Assembly: GCF_001194135.2 (NCBI RefSeq)
Contig: NC_068984.1
Coordinates: 37,152,828-37,216,827, forward strand
Source: Octopus bimaculoides
Taxonomy: Eukaryota
Direction: 5' to 3'
DNA: 64,000 nt
The notes below the pieces were generated by a model. It ran no database searches, was not told the origin of the DNA, and worked only from the letters and a program-made list of their open reading frames with translations. A program made the translations under genes and the position numbers. Below, one piece after another: positions 51,588-63,200 of the stretch (position 1 is the stretch's first letter; each line of letters opens with the position of its first letter).

Positions 51588-54014
51588 GTAGATAGATAGA
51601 TAGATATACATGTATTACGGAACAGTCATCTACTGTAGTTTTAACTTCAATGTTTGGTGCATATTTCAACATTGCCGTCAAATCACTTTGCTCCAACATT
51701 CCTGTTAAGTATAATTCTATTTATTTTTACCTTATTTTCTTTAATTCAATTTATTTTATTTTATTTAATTCATGTTGTTTAATCACTGAGAAAATACATT
51801 GAGAATAAATTCAAATATGAATGAGAAGCAGTGTGAGAGTTGTAGATATCATCGAACACATATACTCAATGCATGTGTCTTGCTTCTTTACTAATAGGTT
51901 GTGATTTCGCAGATTTGGGTGTAAAAACCACCTGAAAGTCATAAATAAGTGAAACAACTCACCACTGAATGGGATTTTAATTCGCATTTGAATTTTATTT
52001 ATTGCTTCTAATTCATATTTATTCCTACGTATCCATCGATAGGGCAGACCCGCAGATGGTCTTTACATTAATTTGCATATAGTCATGGACTGGCGGTTTA
52101 ATTCGCATCCGATTCAGTTAAGGTGGGTGATGTTGACAAGCTACAAAAATGGCGAAGCATCGATGTCCATCCTTCCTGAATGGGATTTGGGATGAGTTGT
52201 CTCACTTGTCTATGACTTTCAGGTACTTTAACACCCGGTGCTTTGAAATGGTCATCTCCACCGAGTCAAACCGCAACGTTCAAGCGAACAAGTATAGCGT
52301 ATACTTTGAGTACGCGTGTTCGATAACGTTGCAACACTAGCGCTGCTTCTAATTCATATTCAAATTATTCTTAAGAATTCAAACTAATTACATGAAATCA
52401 GGTTGATTAAGCCCATCTCTTCAAAGCTATATTTGGAGGAGAGCTTGACCACACCACTGCAAGATAAAGAAGACCTTCATGAGAACCTGATTGGCATTAA
52501 TACAGACAATAGTAGGTTGTTTCTGTTCGTCATTACCTACATGCAACGATTTACAATGAGCCGTCTGATCACTTTGCGTTTAGACTATAGACATAAGACA
52601 GAGTTGTTATCAACACTCTTGGAGATTACGTAATTGATCATTCTTTCTACTAGAGTGTTACTCATCATATGACGGATAACTTCGGATGCATATTTTTCCC
52701 CTCTCTGACTCTGTGTGTGTGTGTTTGTTTCTTTGTTTGTGTACTTGTGTGTGTGTGCTGCACTTCTGTCACCAAGTCTTTGCCTGTCACCAAGTCTAGT
52801 ATGTAATCTCATCCTGTAACTCTTTTTTTAAAATCACCCAAGCAACCAACCGACCAACCAACACTTTTATCGGCTACTCTTAAATAAAGATATTCTTCAT
52901 TGAGATAATATAACGAAATCATATGAAGATTTTATTGCGCGCATATGGAAAATACCATACAGCGCATTGGAAAACAAACGTGTGATTTATATTTTATAAT
53001 GAGCAATATTACATAACGACAAATAATCTTCAAAGTGCAATTTTTAATTATATTTGAAGTACAGGAAAATGAACAAACAGAAAGAACGTATAGATATTCT
53101 GGCTGTTTGAGTTTTTGCAAGTTTAAGTATACATGTTTCACTAGAGTGAGTAAATGGCAGAGGAAGGAAGAGTCGGATAGAAGGTTAGAATGCGAGAAGC
53201 ACTATGTGATCATATTTGTTTGTAAGTGCTTGTGTATATATGTGTAAATAAATGTAAGTATAAGTAAAATAGAGATAAATGTATGTGTGTATAAGAGTAT
53301 GCCTGTTCTTTCTAATGTATTTAAGCATAATTATGTTTATACATTATCAATATTTATTCAAAAGCAGCTTTTATCATTGTACTAAATGGTATTCGTTTGA
53401 TGGCGTGTCGATTGGTTGGATAAATAGGTAAATGCCTACTGAGCAAGAGAGAAAAAAAGATAAGAAAACAAAGAAAGATCTGGACGGAAATAGAATGAGT
53501 GATATGGTAATATATATGAGAGAAATTAAAGTGTAATAAAACCTATTAAAGTCTTAATTTCACTTTGTAATGATACACTTTCACACCATCCTGCACCAGC
53601 CTGTCTTCTCGTCTAGGAACAGAAAGAGTAGCAATAAAAGCTAACTTTGTGTTGAATAACATATCAGTGTCTCCGATAAATCCCGTTACAGACAGACTCG
53701 ACTGAAAATTTCACTTTTGAGTAGGAGTAGATAAATTCACGAATCAAACGTTGCAGCTGTTTTTCCTGGACAAAGAATAGTATTTCGAAAAGGATATATA
53801 ATTGCTTTTAAATCTACCCTGGTTTTAGTGAATGGAGAACGGCCATGTTGGGGCAACGATTTCAAGAGCTTTAGTTGATGAAATAGGTCACATTATATAT
53901 TTCACTGTAGTAATTATTCATCCATTTTTATTTATGAAAGTTTTGACACAATGCCGATATTTTCACTGTTATTTACGGTTAATATAAGCAGGGACACAGA
54001 CACACCCGCATACA

Positions 54015-54311
54015 TAACTGGCACTCCGTTGTTGTTACGACGAGGGTTCCAGTTGATCTGATCAACGGAACAGCCTGCTCATTAAATGAACTTGCAAGTG
54101 GCTGAGTATTCCACAAACATGCATACCACTAAAGTAGTTGTTAGAGTGATCCAAAATGTGAGGGGATGGGTCTTTGAGCCACAAGCACTAATCATTTTTG
54201 CAAGCTGAGTGGACTGCAGCAACGTGAAATAAAATACTCAAGGACACAACGCTAGATATCGAACTCACGATCGTGAGCCGAATTCCCTAAACATTTAGCC
54301 ACGTGCCTTCA
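54015..54311 (-). mobile_element. tRNA-derived SINE sharing its tail with 62825-63200
   Basis: rc tail ggaaccctcgtcgtaacaacaacggagtgcca; B-box-like gttcgatatc. Confidence 0.75.
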
Positions 54312-54859
54312 TATAACCCGCACACATATACACAAACGCGTATGCATATATGTGTGCACGACTTTGTTTGATCAATGTGAAGCCAAAGAGAACCTAATGA
54401 AAATTTGCAGACAGCAATGTTATTTATCAAATAACAATGAAATACGTAAACAAACGAGGTAAAGGCAAATGATATACATAAACAACGAGGAAAATGGAAA
54501 ACAGGAGAAGTTAACACAGAGAAAGGGCCCTTCATCAATTGTCGGCTGTCTATCTACTCCTCATTTCGAGCATTCAATGGAGATATGAATCTTCAGAGAC
54601 AGTTGCTCCCATAAATTCTAAAATAAAATTTAGGATTTATGGAGGGCCGAAGTTGGGAATGAAAAAATGTCAGTGGAGACATATAAGGAAACCGAACGAA
54701 AACAAACATGGAGTGCCATTAGACGAGAACAAGAGGAAAATAGTGAACGGTGGGAGAATTTTTTTTTTTTAGACGAAAAGATAGAAGAAAGAGACAAACA
54801 CTGAGGCTTTGTATCGTTTAACAACACACATAAGTTAAGTCTATGATATTGATAATGCT

Positions 54860-55010
54860 TATTCTCTATCTGTTTATTTTCTCGTGTTCCTACCTATTGA
54901 AGAGCGTAGGCTCGAAACGTAAAATATTTTCTTACCTTCCCGAGCGTTAAACTAATACACCTGTTTGTTGTTTATACACCTGTCTTCGTCTTTTGAATTT
55001 TGTAAATTCC
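54860..55010 (+). mobile_element. Penelope-like terminal fragment with a minimal hammerhead relic
   Basis: TTGAAGA-gcgtaggctc-GAAAC-GTA; flanked by a 56-bp inverted repeat at 54800-54855 / 55260-55315. Confidence 0.5.
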
Positions 55011-55465
55011 AAATTTATGTATATATATATATATATGTATGTACATANNNNNNNNNNNNNNNNNNNNNNNNNNNNNNNNNNNNNNNNNNNNNNNNNNNNN
55101 NNNNNNNNNNNNNNNNNNNNNNNNNNNNNNNNNNNNNNNNNNNNNNNNNNNNNNNNNNNNNNNNNNNNNNNNNNNNNNNNNNNNNNNNNNNNNNNNNNNN
55201 NNNNNNNNNNNNNNNNNNNNATATATACACATATATATATATATGGGGGGGTGTAAACGTTATCAATATCACAGACTTAACTTATGTGTGTTGTTAAACG
55301 ATACAAAGCCTCAGTATTTCTTCTAAGGGAGATCCGTTTAAAGATTTCTGTTTAAAGGCGTATAGTGTTAAGAAGCACAGCGTACTTCAAAGATAGTCAA
55401 AAGGATATCGCTACGGAAGTGAACGAGTGTGCAGATACCGATAATTCGAGGTAATAGCTGCTCAC

Positions 55466-55546
55466 CAGTCACATACTCCTCCACTTCCGGAACAAATCGC
55501 AATAGCCACCCAGAGGTAAGTATACTACGAGTGTAAGAACTATTTT
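55466..55546 (-). CDS. candidate symmetric phase-1 exon (NSSYTRSILTSGWLLRFVPEVEEYVT)
   Basis: Acceptor cttttgcacttcAG, donor CTG|GTGAGC, 81 nt, open frame. Confidence 0.3.
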
Positions 55547-56079
55547 CTGAAGTGCAAAAGCGTCGCACTAGTTAACCGAAATTCGAATTCCGTGAACATG
55601 CATACGTTAAATACATGATATTGATAATGCTTACATTATTGAGATTGAACCGCTTGTAACAAGAAATTCGAATACAATATATAAGGATGAAGTGATACTA
55701 ACGTGTGCTGATACGTCTTTATAGTAAGTAGACCCTATACCAGTGGTGTGGATATTTTCGCCGGGAGATTCATTTTTGAACGTTCGATTGATGATCAATC
55801 TATGAGATGTTTATTTATTTTTATTTTATCTCTGCGTTTCGTTTAACATTGCACCATGTTTATGAGTGTTGCTTCCATCATTAAACCTGCATTTTTAAGA
55901 ATAATTCCGTAAGTACAGATGTGTTCTCTACGATATTCCTATTCAGTTTGATTTTTGGCTGAGTAGTATTATATATACAGAAAAATCTCCTTGCAGTAAG
56001 TGCATGTTAATCCGACAGAAAATTACCGCACTTGTAACTTGCATGCCCACTAGGTCCATTGAATTGGTGAATTGCAAAT

Positions 56080-57060
56080 TCAAGTATGCAATATATTTTA
56101 TAAATCACTTTGGACATTAGTGGCTTGTTCATGGCTTTACATGCTTATCATCTGTTATTGTGACTTTTTCTTTTAATTTTAGTGTTTTTGTGGTATATTT
56201 ATGGCATAGTGTAAGCATTCTATGCTACGTTTTATAGAGCTTTGGATAATATATTCAACTGTATTGTAGTTAGTATGTGTTTGATTCATGCAATACACAT
56301 GTTTTGTTTGTGTACATCTAATTGAAGTGTATAATTTATTATTGTGTTGTGTATCGTCTTGTATTGTTCTACGGCTTACCCTATCAGTTTCATAGAATAC
56401 CCGATGTTGATTAATGTGTTTTATTCTGAAGATTTATTTGTTTAGCACTTTGTTAACGGCATAATCCGTATGCTTTTCAAAGAAGTGATTTTACAACTGA
56501 CATTTTGTATCTATAGGGAAATTCGATGCTTTCACGTAAGTTTATGCATTTATGCGTGGTTTTGATGTAAACGGACGCGATGTATCATTTTCTATCTGAA
56601 CGTTTATGTCTAGAAGTGGAATCATTTTATTGCTAGAAGTGGAATCATTTTATACTATTCAGGATATTGACGTTTAGTACAGAGCTATTTTGTTGATCTT
56701 TCCATTAATTTCATAGCATATTCCAATTTGACCTTTACAAGCGGTACAGGCTCAAGGAGCCTGATGTATATAATTTTGTCGTTGTTGCAATATGTTCTGT
56801 ATTCGGTTGCATGGGAGTACTTAGAATTAAATCCATGGGCACTACTTGTTGATTTACAGTGTACATTGTGGATACCGAAAGGATACTTCTTTTGAGAATA
56901 ATAACAATATTACTAATTTCTTCCGTTATGTTTCATGCTACTACGAGTAGGTTAATTATTAGATGTTTCTTTAGAGTATATAACATAGTCAGATGCTTCA
57001 AAAAGACCTCTTACCATTTATTTCAATGTAGGAATTGATAGGTGCACTCTTATTCAAGAG
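56080..57060 (-). mobile_element. very old CR1/L2-like RT relic
   Basis: LVKVKLEYA resembles LVR..LEYA; otherwise heavily decayed. Confidence 0.4.
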
Positions 57061-57504
57061 TATGGAACTCAATGCTGTTTTTTTTTTATTCTGCTGTATG
57101 AACTTTGGCAAAAAGGCTTTACACATCTAATGTTTTTGTGACAGTAACGTTGGTAAAAAAAAAAAAGAATTACTTTCCGAGTCTAACGTGCGATTCTTAC
57201 TTAAACATTTCGCGAAAGTATGAAGACCAACAACGCTCTACACACCATAAAGTGGAGGACCGCAATGAATTCTTGATCCGAAATTTTTACTAAACGAAAG
57301 CATCTGGATAAGCTTCTATTACGGGACTGAAAAATATCACCCTCTCTGTATTAAGCATAGAGTTTCACTTTAACCATTCTTCGTTGAATTTATTACATCA
57401 ACAATTGCTATTTCCAATTCTTCCAGATAAAGGGGACACAACTTTAAGAGCGCTTGTCCCCATACTGTCTTCTCGTTTGTATCTAAGTTCTTATCCCGTT
57501 CTTT

Positions 57505-57815
57505 CTCTCTTTTTATATATATAAAATCAAAATAAGCAACACGGATTTTAAAGATGATTGCAGTACGCACGTTTCATGTTACTCCATTTATTTAAGTAAT
57601 GCGAGCATTACATTAAATGCAATATGTAGAGCAATCTTCAGCTGCACGAAAATGTAGAAAATTACAGTAGAATAGACATATTATAATTGTGGCAACATTT
57701 CAAATCCAAGTGGGAAGAAGAAAACATAAAAATCCATCTTGACATAGCCAAGGCTCTCAGGCTAGTAATTGGTTCTAGGCAGACATTCTAACTGTCTCTG
57801 ATTTTATTGTCTCTT
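57505..57815 (-). repeat. old interspersed repeat, copy 2; homologous to 9360-9690
   Basis: Alignable by eye. Confidence 0.8.
57559..57646 (-). ncRNA. type I hammerhead ribozyme-like motif, paralog of 9545-9632
   Basis: tgcag-CTGAAGA-ttgctc..gagtaa-cat-GAAAC-gtgc-GTA-ctgca. Confidence 0.62.
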
Positions 57816-58172
57816 ATCTAGTAGTTATAGTATAAGGGGCAATCACTTGTAAGGAAAGGAAAGGTGTAAGCATTATACATGGATATGGTTATAAAGGTTT
57901 CTCTGGTCAGAGTGGCAGCACTGTTATAGGTTGGGGTTTTTCTACTACTATTATAATGTTGAGGAATTNNNNNNNNNNNNNNNNNNNNNNNNNNNNNNNN
58001 NNNNNNNNNNNNNNNNNNNNNNNNNNNNNNNNNNNNNNNNNNNNNNNNNNNNNNNNNNNNNNNNNNNNNNNNNNNNNNNNNNNNNNNNNNNNNNNNNNNN
58101 NNNNNNNNNNNNNNNNNNNNNNNNNNNNNNNNNNNNNNNNNNNNNNNNNNNNNNNNNNNNNNNNNNNNNNNN

Positions 58173-58237
<65 letters not shown>

Positions 58238-58754
58238 AATTATATATATATACATGTCCCTATGAACTGATGCATATATACTATACAAAATGTATATATG
58301 TATATGCAAACACAAGCGCGCATATATACATACATGCACACATACATACATTCATGTGTGTCTGTGAATGTGCGTGTATGTATATAAATTATGAAGGGAA
58401 GATGTTATGTCCATACCATTTATACATACTCCAAGATCGGTGGACGCCTCTACGAAGAAAAATATCTGTAATATCAGAAGAAATTCGCTGCCATATGAAG
58501 GACGAACCACAGTAAGGTGCTAAATAGAGTGTCAAGAAGGACGAAAAGTGGAAAGACACAGTCACGAATGAAGACAACTTCGATGTGCACAAAATATGGC
58601 AGCAGCAGTAGAAAAATAAGTAGAATGAAACAACCCGCTTATGGCCCAGTAGTTGTCGTGTGTTTGTGAGCAGCGTCATGCCAGTGAGTTGAGTACTTTC
58701 TCTGTTGGGGTGATCTATGATGTTGAGTGCGTAACAGTTACACTTTCCCTAATA

Positions 58755-59296
58755 CGGGTGCTGTATTCCTTGCGGAATATTTTCTGGTTTTCGAGCGAAA
58801 CACTAACATCTCATTTTAACAGATGTCGGTAACACTGACATCTCATTTTAACAGACATATTTACCAAAATTACATTAAAAATATCTTGAAATATCAAAGA
58901 GTAAATTTATTCAATAGAATTGCCATTGGCTTCAACCACAGCCTCCATACAACTTCTGAACCTCCTGCTACTCTTCTAAACGGTCTCCTGGTTTACGTTG
59001 GTGAATGCTGACATAATCCTTGCCTTCAGTCCATCTGCAGTCTGGGGAGTTAGGTTGTCAAATGTTAGGGGTGATGATGTGGTCGCAGAAGTTGTCTGAC
59101 TGTCATGACTGGGTTCTCCTGCTTGTGTGGCATGGTGCAGAGTCCTATATGCCAAACATAGAATCTTCCAGCAGCCACCCTCTTGACTCAGAGCAGCAGT
59201 ACCTCTTCCAGGCACTTGATGTAAGCCTTCGTGTTGAGGCTGGAGGCGTCACTGATGATCACTCCAAACACCATGATGTTGACTGGATGTTTGATA
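58755..59296 (-). mobile_element. maT/DD37D-like Tc1-mariner relic, internally deleted
   Basis: KHPVNIMVFGVI..YIKCLEEVL..VAAGRFYVW..DSAPCHTSRRTQ..PNSPDC..LKARI..MEAVVEANG; end ..gcacccg+TA. Confidence 0.85.
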
Positions 59297-59680
59297 TGTT
59301 TATATCTCGCTCAAAGATTTAATATAACATTCCCTCTCTTCTACGAGATCAGCGACAGTGAATCGCTAGAAAAATATTGAGTAATTTACGAGTGGAATGA
59401 GCTTCCATCACTAGCTGGTGATTAACACATGCTGAGGACGGGTAACCATCAAGAAACTCGAGTCTGTGTGTGTCACGTGAGGCTAGAGATGGGAGCCATG
59501 ACCTCCCGTCGCAAATACTAATCGGACACAGAATGTATGTCGTTAGCCAACTGGAGGAGATGTCTTCCTGACGCTATAAGCATCAGTAGAACGGTCCTGT
59601 ATAGGACGCCACATCTAGTTGCCAAATATATGTTAAGGTTCCGTAGTGCTACTGTTTATATCTCGCTCAGAGATTTAATA
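59297..59680 (+). mobile_element. terminally redundant 356-bp unit carrying one hammerhead (retrozyme-like)
   Basis: 28-bp direct repeats at 59297-59324 and 59653-59680 (1 mismatch). Confidence 0.6.
59425..59471 (+). ncRNA. minimal type I hammerhead ribozyme-like motif
   Basis: acacatg-CTGAGGA-cgggtaaccatcaa-GAAAC-tcga-GTC-tgtgtgt; palindromic ACTCGAGT; stem II imperfect. Confidence 0.65.
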
Positions 59681-59687
59681 AAAGAGA

Positions 59688-59736
<49 letters not shown>

Positions 59737-59818
59737 NNNNNNNNNNNNNNNNNNNNNNNNNNNNNNNNNNNNNNNNNNNNNNNNNNNNNNNNNNNNNNNN
59801 NNNNNNNNNNNNNNNNNN

Positions 59819-60195
59819 AAACCAGACAGTGTTTTGAAAAAACACCCACACAGATTGCACCTCTGATTTGCACTACCAATACCTGCAAGTAAGTTCTGCT
59901 CATTGTGGATCCTAACATGTCTTTTAAGACCCCCATTGGATTTGCAAACCCTCTGGCACACACCACATTCAAACGTGTGCACAGACATGTAATCAGAATA
60001 GCTGGATGAGGTTTGTTTTCCATGGGTTCGCAGGTGAGATTTGAGGCCAGCCAAGGACAGACATGGTCTGTCACAGACTGTGCACACAAAAAGGTCCTTG
60101 TCATTCAACTTCTCAGTCTTTACATTTTTCCTTAAATGTCTCTTGAGCCCTGCTTGCATCATCCTGGCCTCTTCAAATGCTTTCACTCCACTCCA
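59819..60195 (-). mobile_element. 5'-truncated RTE LINE C-terminus with at least 3 C2H2 zinc fingers
   Basis: GVKAFEEAR..KR.. (RTE C-terminal helix), then CTVC-x12-HLRTH, CGVC-x12-HVRIH, CNLC.. cut by a gap; open frame throughout. Confidence 0.75.
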
Positions 60196-60380
60196 AGGAA
60201 ATAAAGCACCGTAAAGGTAAAATTATAAATAGGAAATAATGGCACAGCAAAGTATCAATTTTTCGCCACCCGCACGCATCTTTGCTTCTATACATTCATT
60301 GAATCTTTACCTAGCATCGACCGGTTATCGACTGTTATTTCCAGTAAAAATTGGTACCTTGTTGTGCCACTATTTCCTAC

Positions 60381-60440
<60 letters not shown>

Positions 60441-61199
60441 CTGTATGTATGTATATACGAATGTATGTATATGTAGAGCTTTGTAATTTATTTTGAGAGA
60501 GAGAGAGAGAGAGAGGAATGTACGTGAGTGTGTTTCGTATGTTACTACATTTATGTATATACGTGCGTGTCTCTGCTTTCGCCCTCTATCTGTGTGCAGT
60601 GTGTGTATTGCCACTTATCTTTCGTCATTGATCCTCAATACAATTCAATACGCTTTCCTACACTTCACATATTTCATCACCCAGACGTTCTTTTCACTAA
60701 CGACATATGCTGTTTCCCGCTGAAACAATGCCAAACGAATAGGATGTTAATAATAATTCTGTTGGCAGTTTTCATTCCTCTGAGTTTTCAACTATACAAC
60801 ACAATACAATATGTAATTAACCAGAAATTGTCGTTTTGTAGCATTTAATACACAATGCGGATCTTATCGTTTAATCGAAATATCGTAGCTGTCTATTCTG
60901 GAAGTAACACCAGCCAGCAAGCTCCGATTTCCTTTTATAAAGAAATAGTAGAGATAACAACTATTTGGTTATTGATGTCTCGCCTATTAGAGGTTTGGTC
61001 GGATGAGGCTTCCTCCGCTCACTTTCAGTATTAGTATTACTTCCTTTCAGCCCATATATATATATATATATATATACATATATGTATATTGTTGTGTCTG
61101 AGGAGTCATAATGCCTTACTATAACACACCGACCGGTTCAATTTCCACTTATTTATTCATTTTGTTATTCGAGAATGCATTTTCGTAGCTGCATTTAGA

Positions 61200-61254
61200 A
61201 CTGTATCAATGGATTTTCATTCTGACAGTCAGAGTCAAAATCCATTGATACAGT
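61200..61254. repeat. 55-bp near-perfect palindrome
   Basis: actgtatcaatggatttt-c-at-tctgac-a-gtcaga-gt-c-aaaatccattgatacagt. Confidence 0.9.
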
Positions 61255-61269
61255 CGGAAATATTTGTGT

Positions 61270-61464
61270 GTCTGTGTTTGGTCCACCCACAATCGCTTAA
61301 CAACCACTGTTGGTGTGTCTTCGCCCACGTAACTTAGAACTTCAGCAAAAGACCGCGGTAGAATAAGTACTCAGCTTACAAAGATTAAGTCTTGGGGTCG
61401 ATTTGTTCGACTATAGGCAGTGCTCCAGCATGGCCACAGTCAAATGACTGAAACAAGTCAAAGA

Positions 61465-61465
<1 letters not shown>
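61270..61465 (+). mobile_element. SINE 3' half, same family as 47285
   Basis: ..gaataagtactcag..gggtcgatttgttcgact..ccagcatggccacagtcaaatgactgaaacaag. Confidence 0.85.
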
Positions 61466-61525
<60 letters not shown>

Positions 61526-61593
61526 GACAGAGACAGAGACAGACAGAGACACAGAGAGAGAGAGGGAGAGGGAGAGAGAGAGAGAGGGGGGGC

Positions 61594-61787
61594 GGGAAGG
61601 CCGGTTTATGTGATTACCCTGGGTTTCCCGTCCGTAAAGGGTTTCGCCTTATGGCGCATCGTCAATCCCCAAAACGTGTTGGCCTAAGAGGTCTTAGGTC
61701 AACAGGTTTTGAGGTCTGACGATACTCTATAAACTAAACCCTTTATAGACGGGAAACCCAGATTAGTCCCATAAACCGGCCTTCCCC
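61594..61787. mobile_element. MITE with ~55-bp TIRs and GGG termini (PIF/Harbinger-like)
   Basis: gggaaggccggtttatg..ctgggtttcccgtc..taaagggttt mirrored at the right end. Confidence 0.8.
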
Positions 61788-61879
61788 ATTAAAATATAAA
61801 CTGCTCTACATCTCAGAGCGTGTTTCTTCTTTGGATTTTTGTTTTCTACAAACGATATATATATTAGTTCTTTAATTAT

Positions 61880-62760
61880 TTCTTTTATACGTTTCAGCCC
61901 CTAAGCTGTGACCATGCTTGGAGCACCACCAGTGTCATCATCTTTTCAATGATCAGTCTTATGTAACTGGCTTTTGGTGAAGGAGGGAGTTAGATCCTGC
62001 AGCCCTCTTTTGAGTTTCCTACCATGACATAGGTTCATCTGGGATCTTGGTTAGCAGGCGCTCAAGTTGTTTCTTGAAAACATCTGCCTATACCCCATAA
62101 AGACACCCCAGATGTATTGGCAAGGCGTTAAATATCAGTGGACCATTGAACCCCAAGCTATTTCAGTGCATGTTCCTCACTCTAGACGGGATAGCAGGGA
62201 CCTCTGGAACAGTGCATTGATGTCCAGTTCGGGGGCTAGTATAGCCCTCAGTACCAAAGTTTGATGACAGCCCCTCCCGGATCTTCCATACGTATATCAC
62301 TGTATACCTTTCCCGTCTTCGCTTCAATGAGTAGAATCGTATCTATTTCAGTCTCTCCCAGTAGCTCAGCTGTCCCATATTTACCATTTGTTTCACTTTA
62401 TCTGGTAGATGATGTGAGCACACAAATACGCATTATTATAGTCGAAGGTCATTTGGTCAGAGTACTTCAGTTGTAACCAAATTAAATAACTTATATTTCT
62501 TTTGCAGTATGCGAGAAGTATTTCGTAAAGAAGACAACTGAACCGATGAGATGTGTATCCAGCCTATATTTACAGATAGCCATGTAAATTCTAGCACTAA
62601 GCATTTCAGCAAAAAATATTACAAGCAGTTGTTTTGTTTCTTGGAGTTGGAGCATTGCTGCCTGCTGAACAGTCTTAATCTCGTGATCACCGGCCTCACT
62701 CACTATATTTGTCACTACTAGGCTTAAATTCATCTTATATGTAGACTTCTTAGCACTTGA
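61880..62760 (-). mobile_element. CR1-type LINE, RT C-terminus and 3' UTR
   Basis: LSYWERLK*IRFYSLKRRRERYTVIYVWKI..GPLIFNALP..FKKQLERLL.KIPDEP; tail ggtgctccaagcatggtcacagc..gctgaaac. Confidence 0.88.
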
Positions 62761-62824
62761 AAGTAGGTTTATCTAGAAATATAGGCGTTCTGCCATAATT
62801 CTTCTAGTCATACATCAGTGTGCA

Positions 62825-63200
62825 GGTGCAATGGCCCAGTGGTTAGGGCAGCGGACTTGCGGTCATAGAATCGCGGTTTCGATTCCCAGACCGGGCGTTG
62901 TGAGTGTTTATTGAGCGAAAACACCTAAAGCTCCACGAGGCTCCGGCAGGGGATGGTGGCGATCCCTGTTGTACTCTTTCACCACAACTTTCTCTCACTC
63001 TTACTTCCTGTGCCTGTAATTCAAAGAGTCGGCCTTATCACACTGTGTCGCGCTGAATATCCCCGAGAACTACGTTATGGGTACACGTGTCTGTAGAGTG
63101 CTCAGCCACTTGCACGTTAATTTCACGAGCAGGCTGTTCTGTTGATCGGATCAATTGGAACCCTCGACGTCGTAAGCGACGGAGTGCCAACAACAGCAAC
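62825..63200 (+). mobile_element. tRNA-derived SINE, second family
   Basis: A box tggcccagtggttag, B box ggtttcgattccc, tail ggaaccctcgacgtcgtaagcgacggagtgccaacaac. Confidence 0.88.

Noticed and set aside
58430-58510. RRKISVISEEIR resembling hAT/Buster transposase
   Set aside because: Too short and decayed to call
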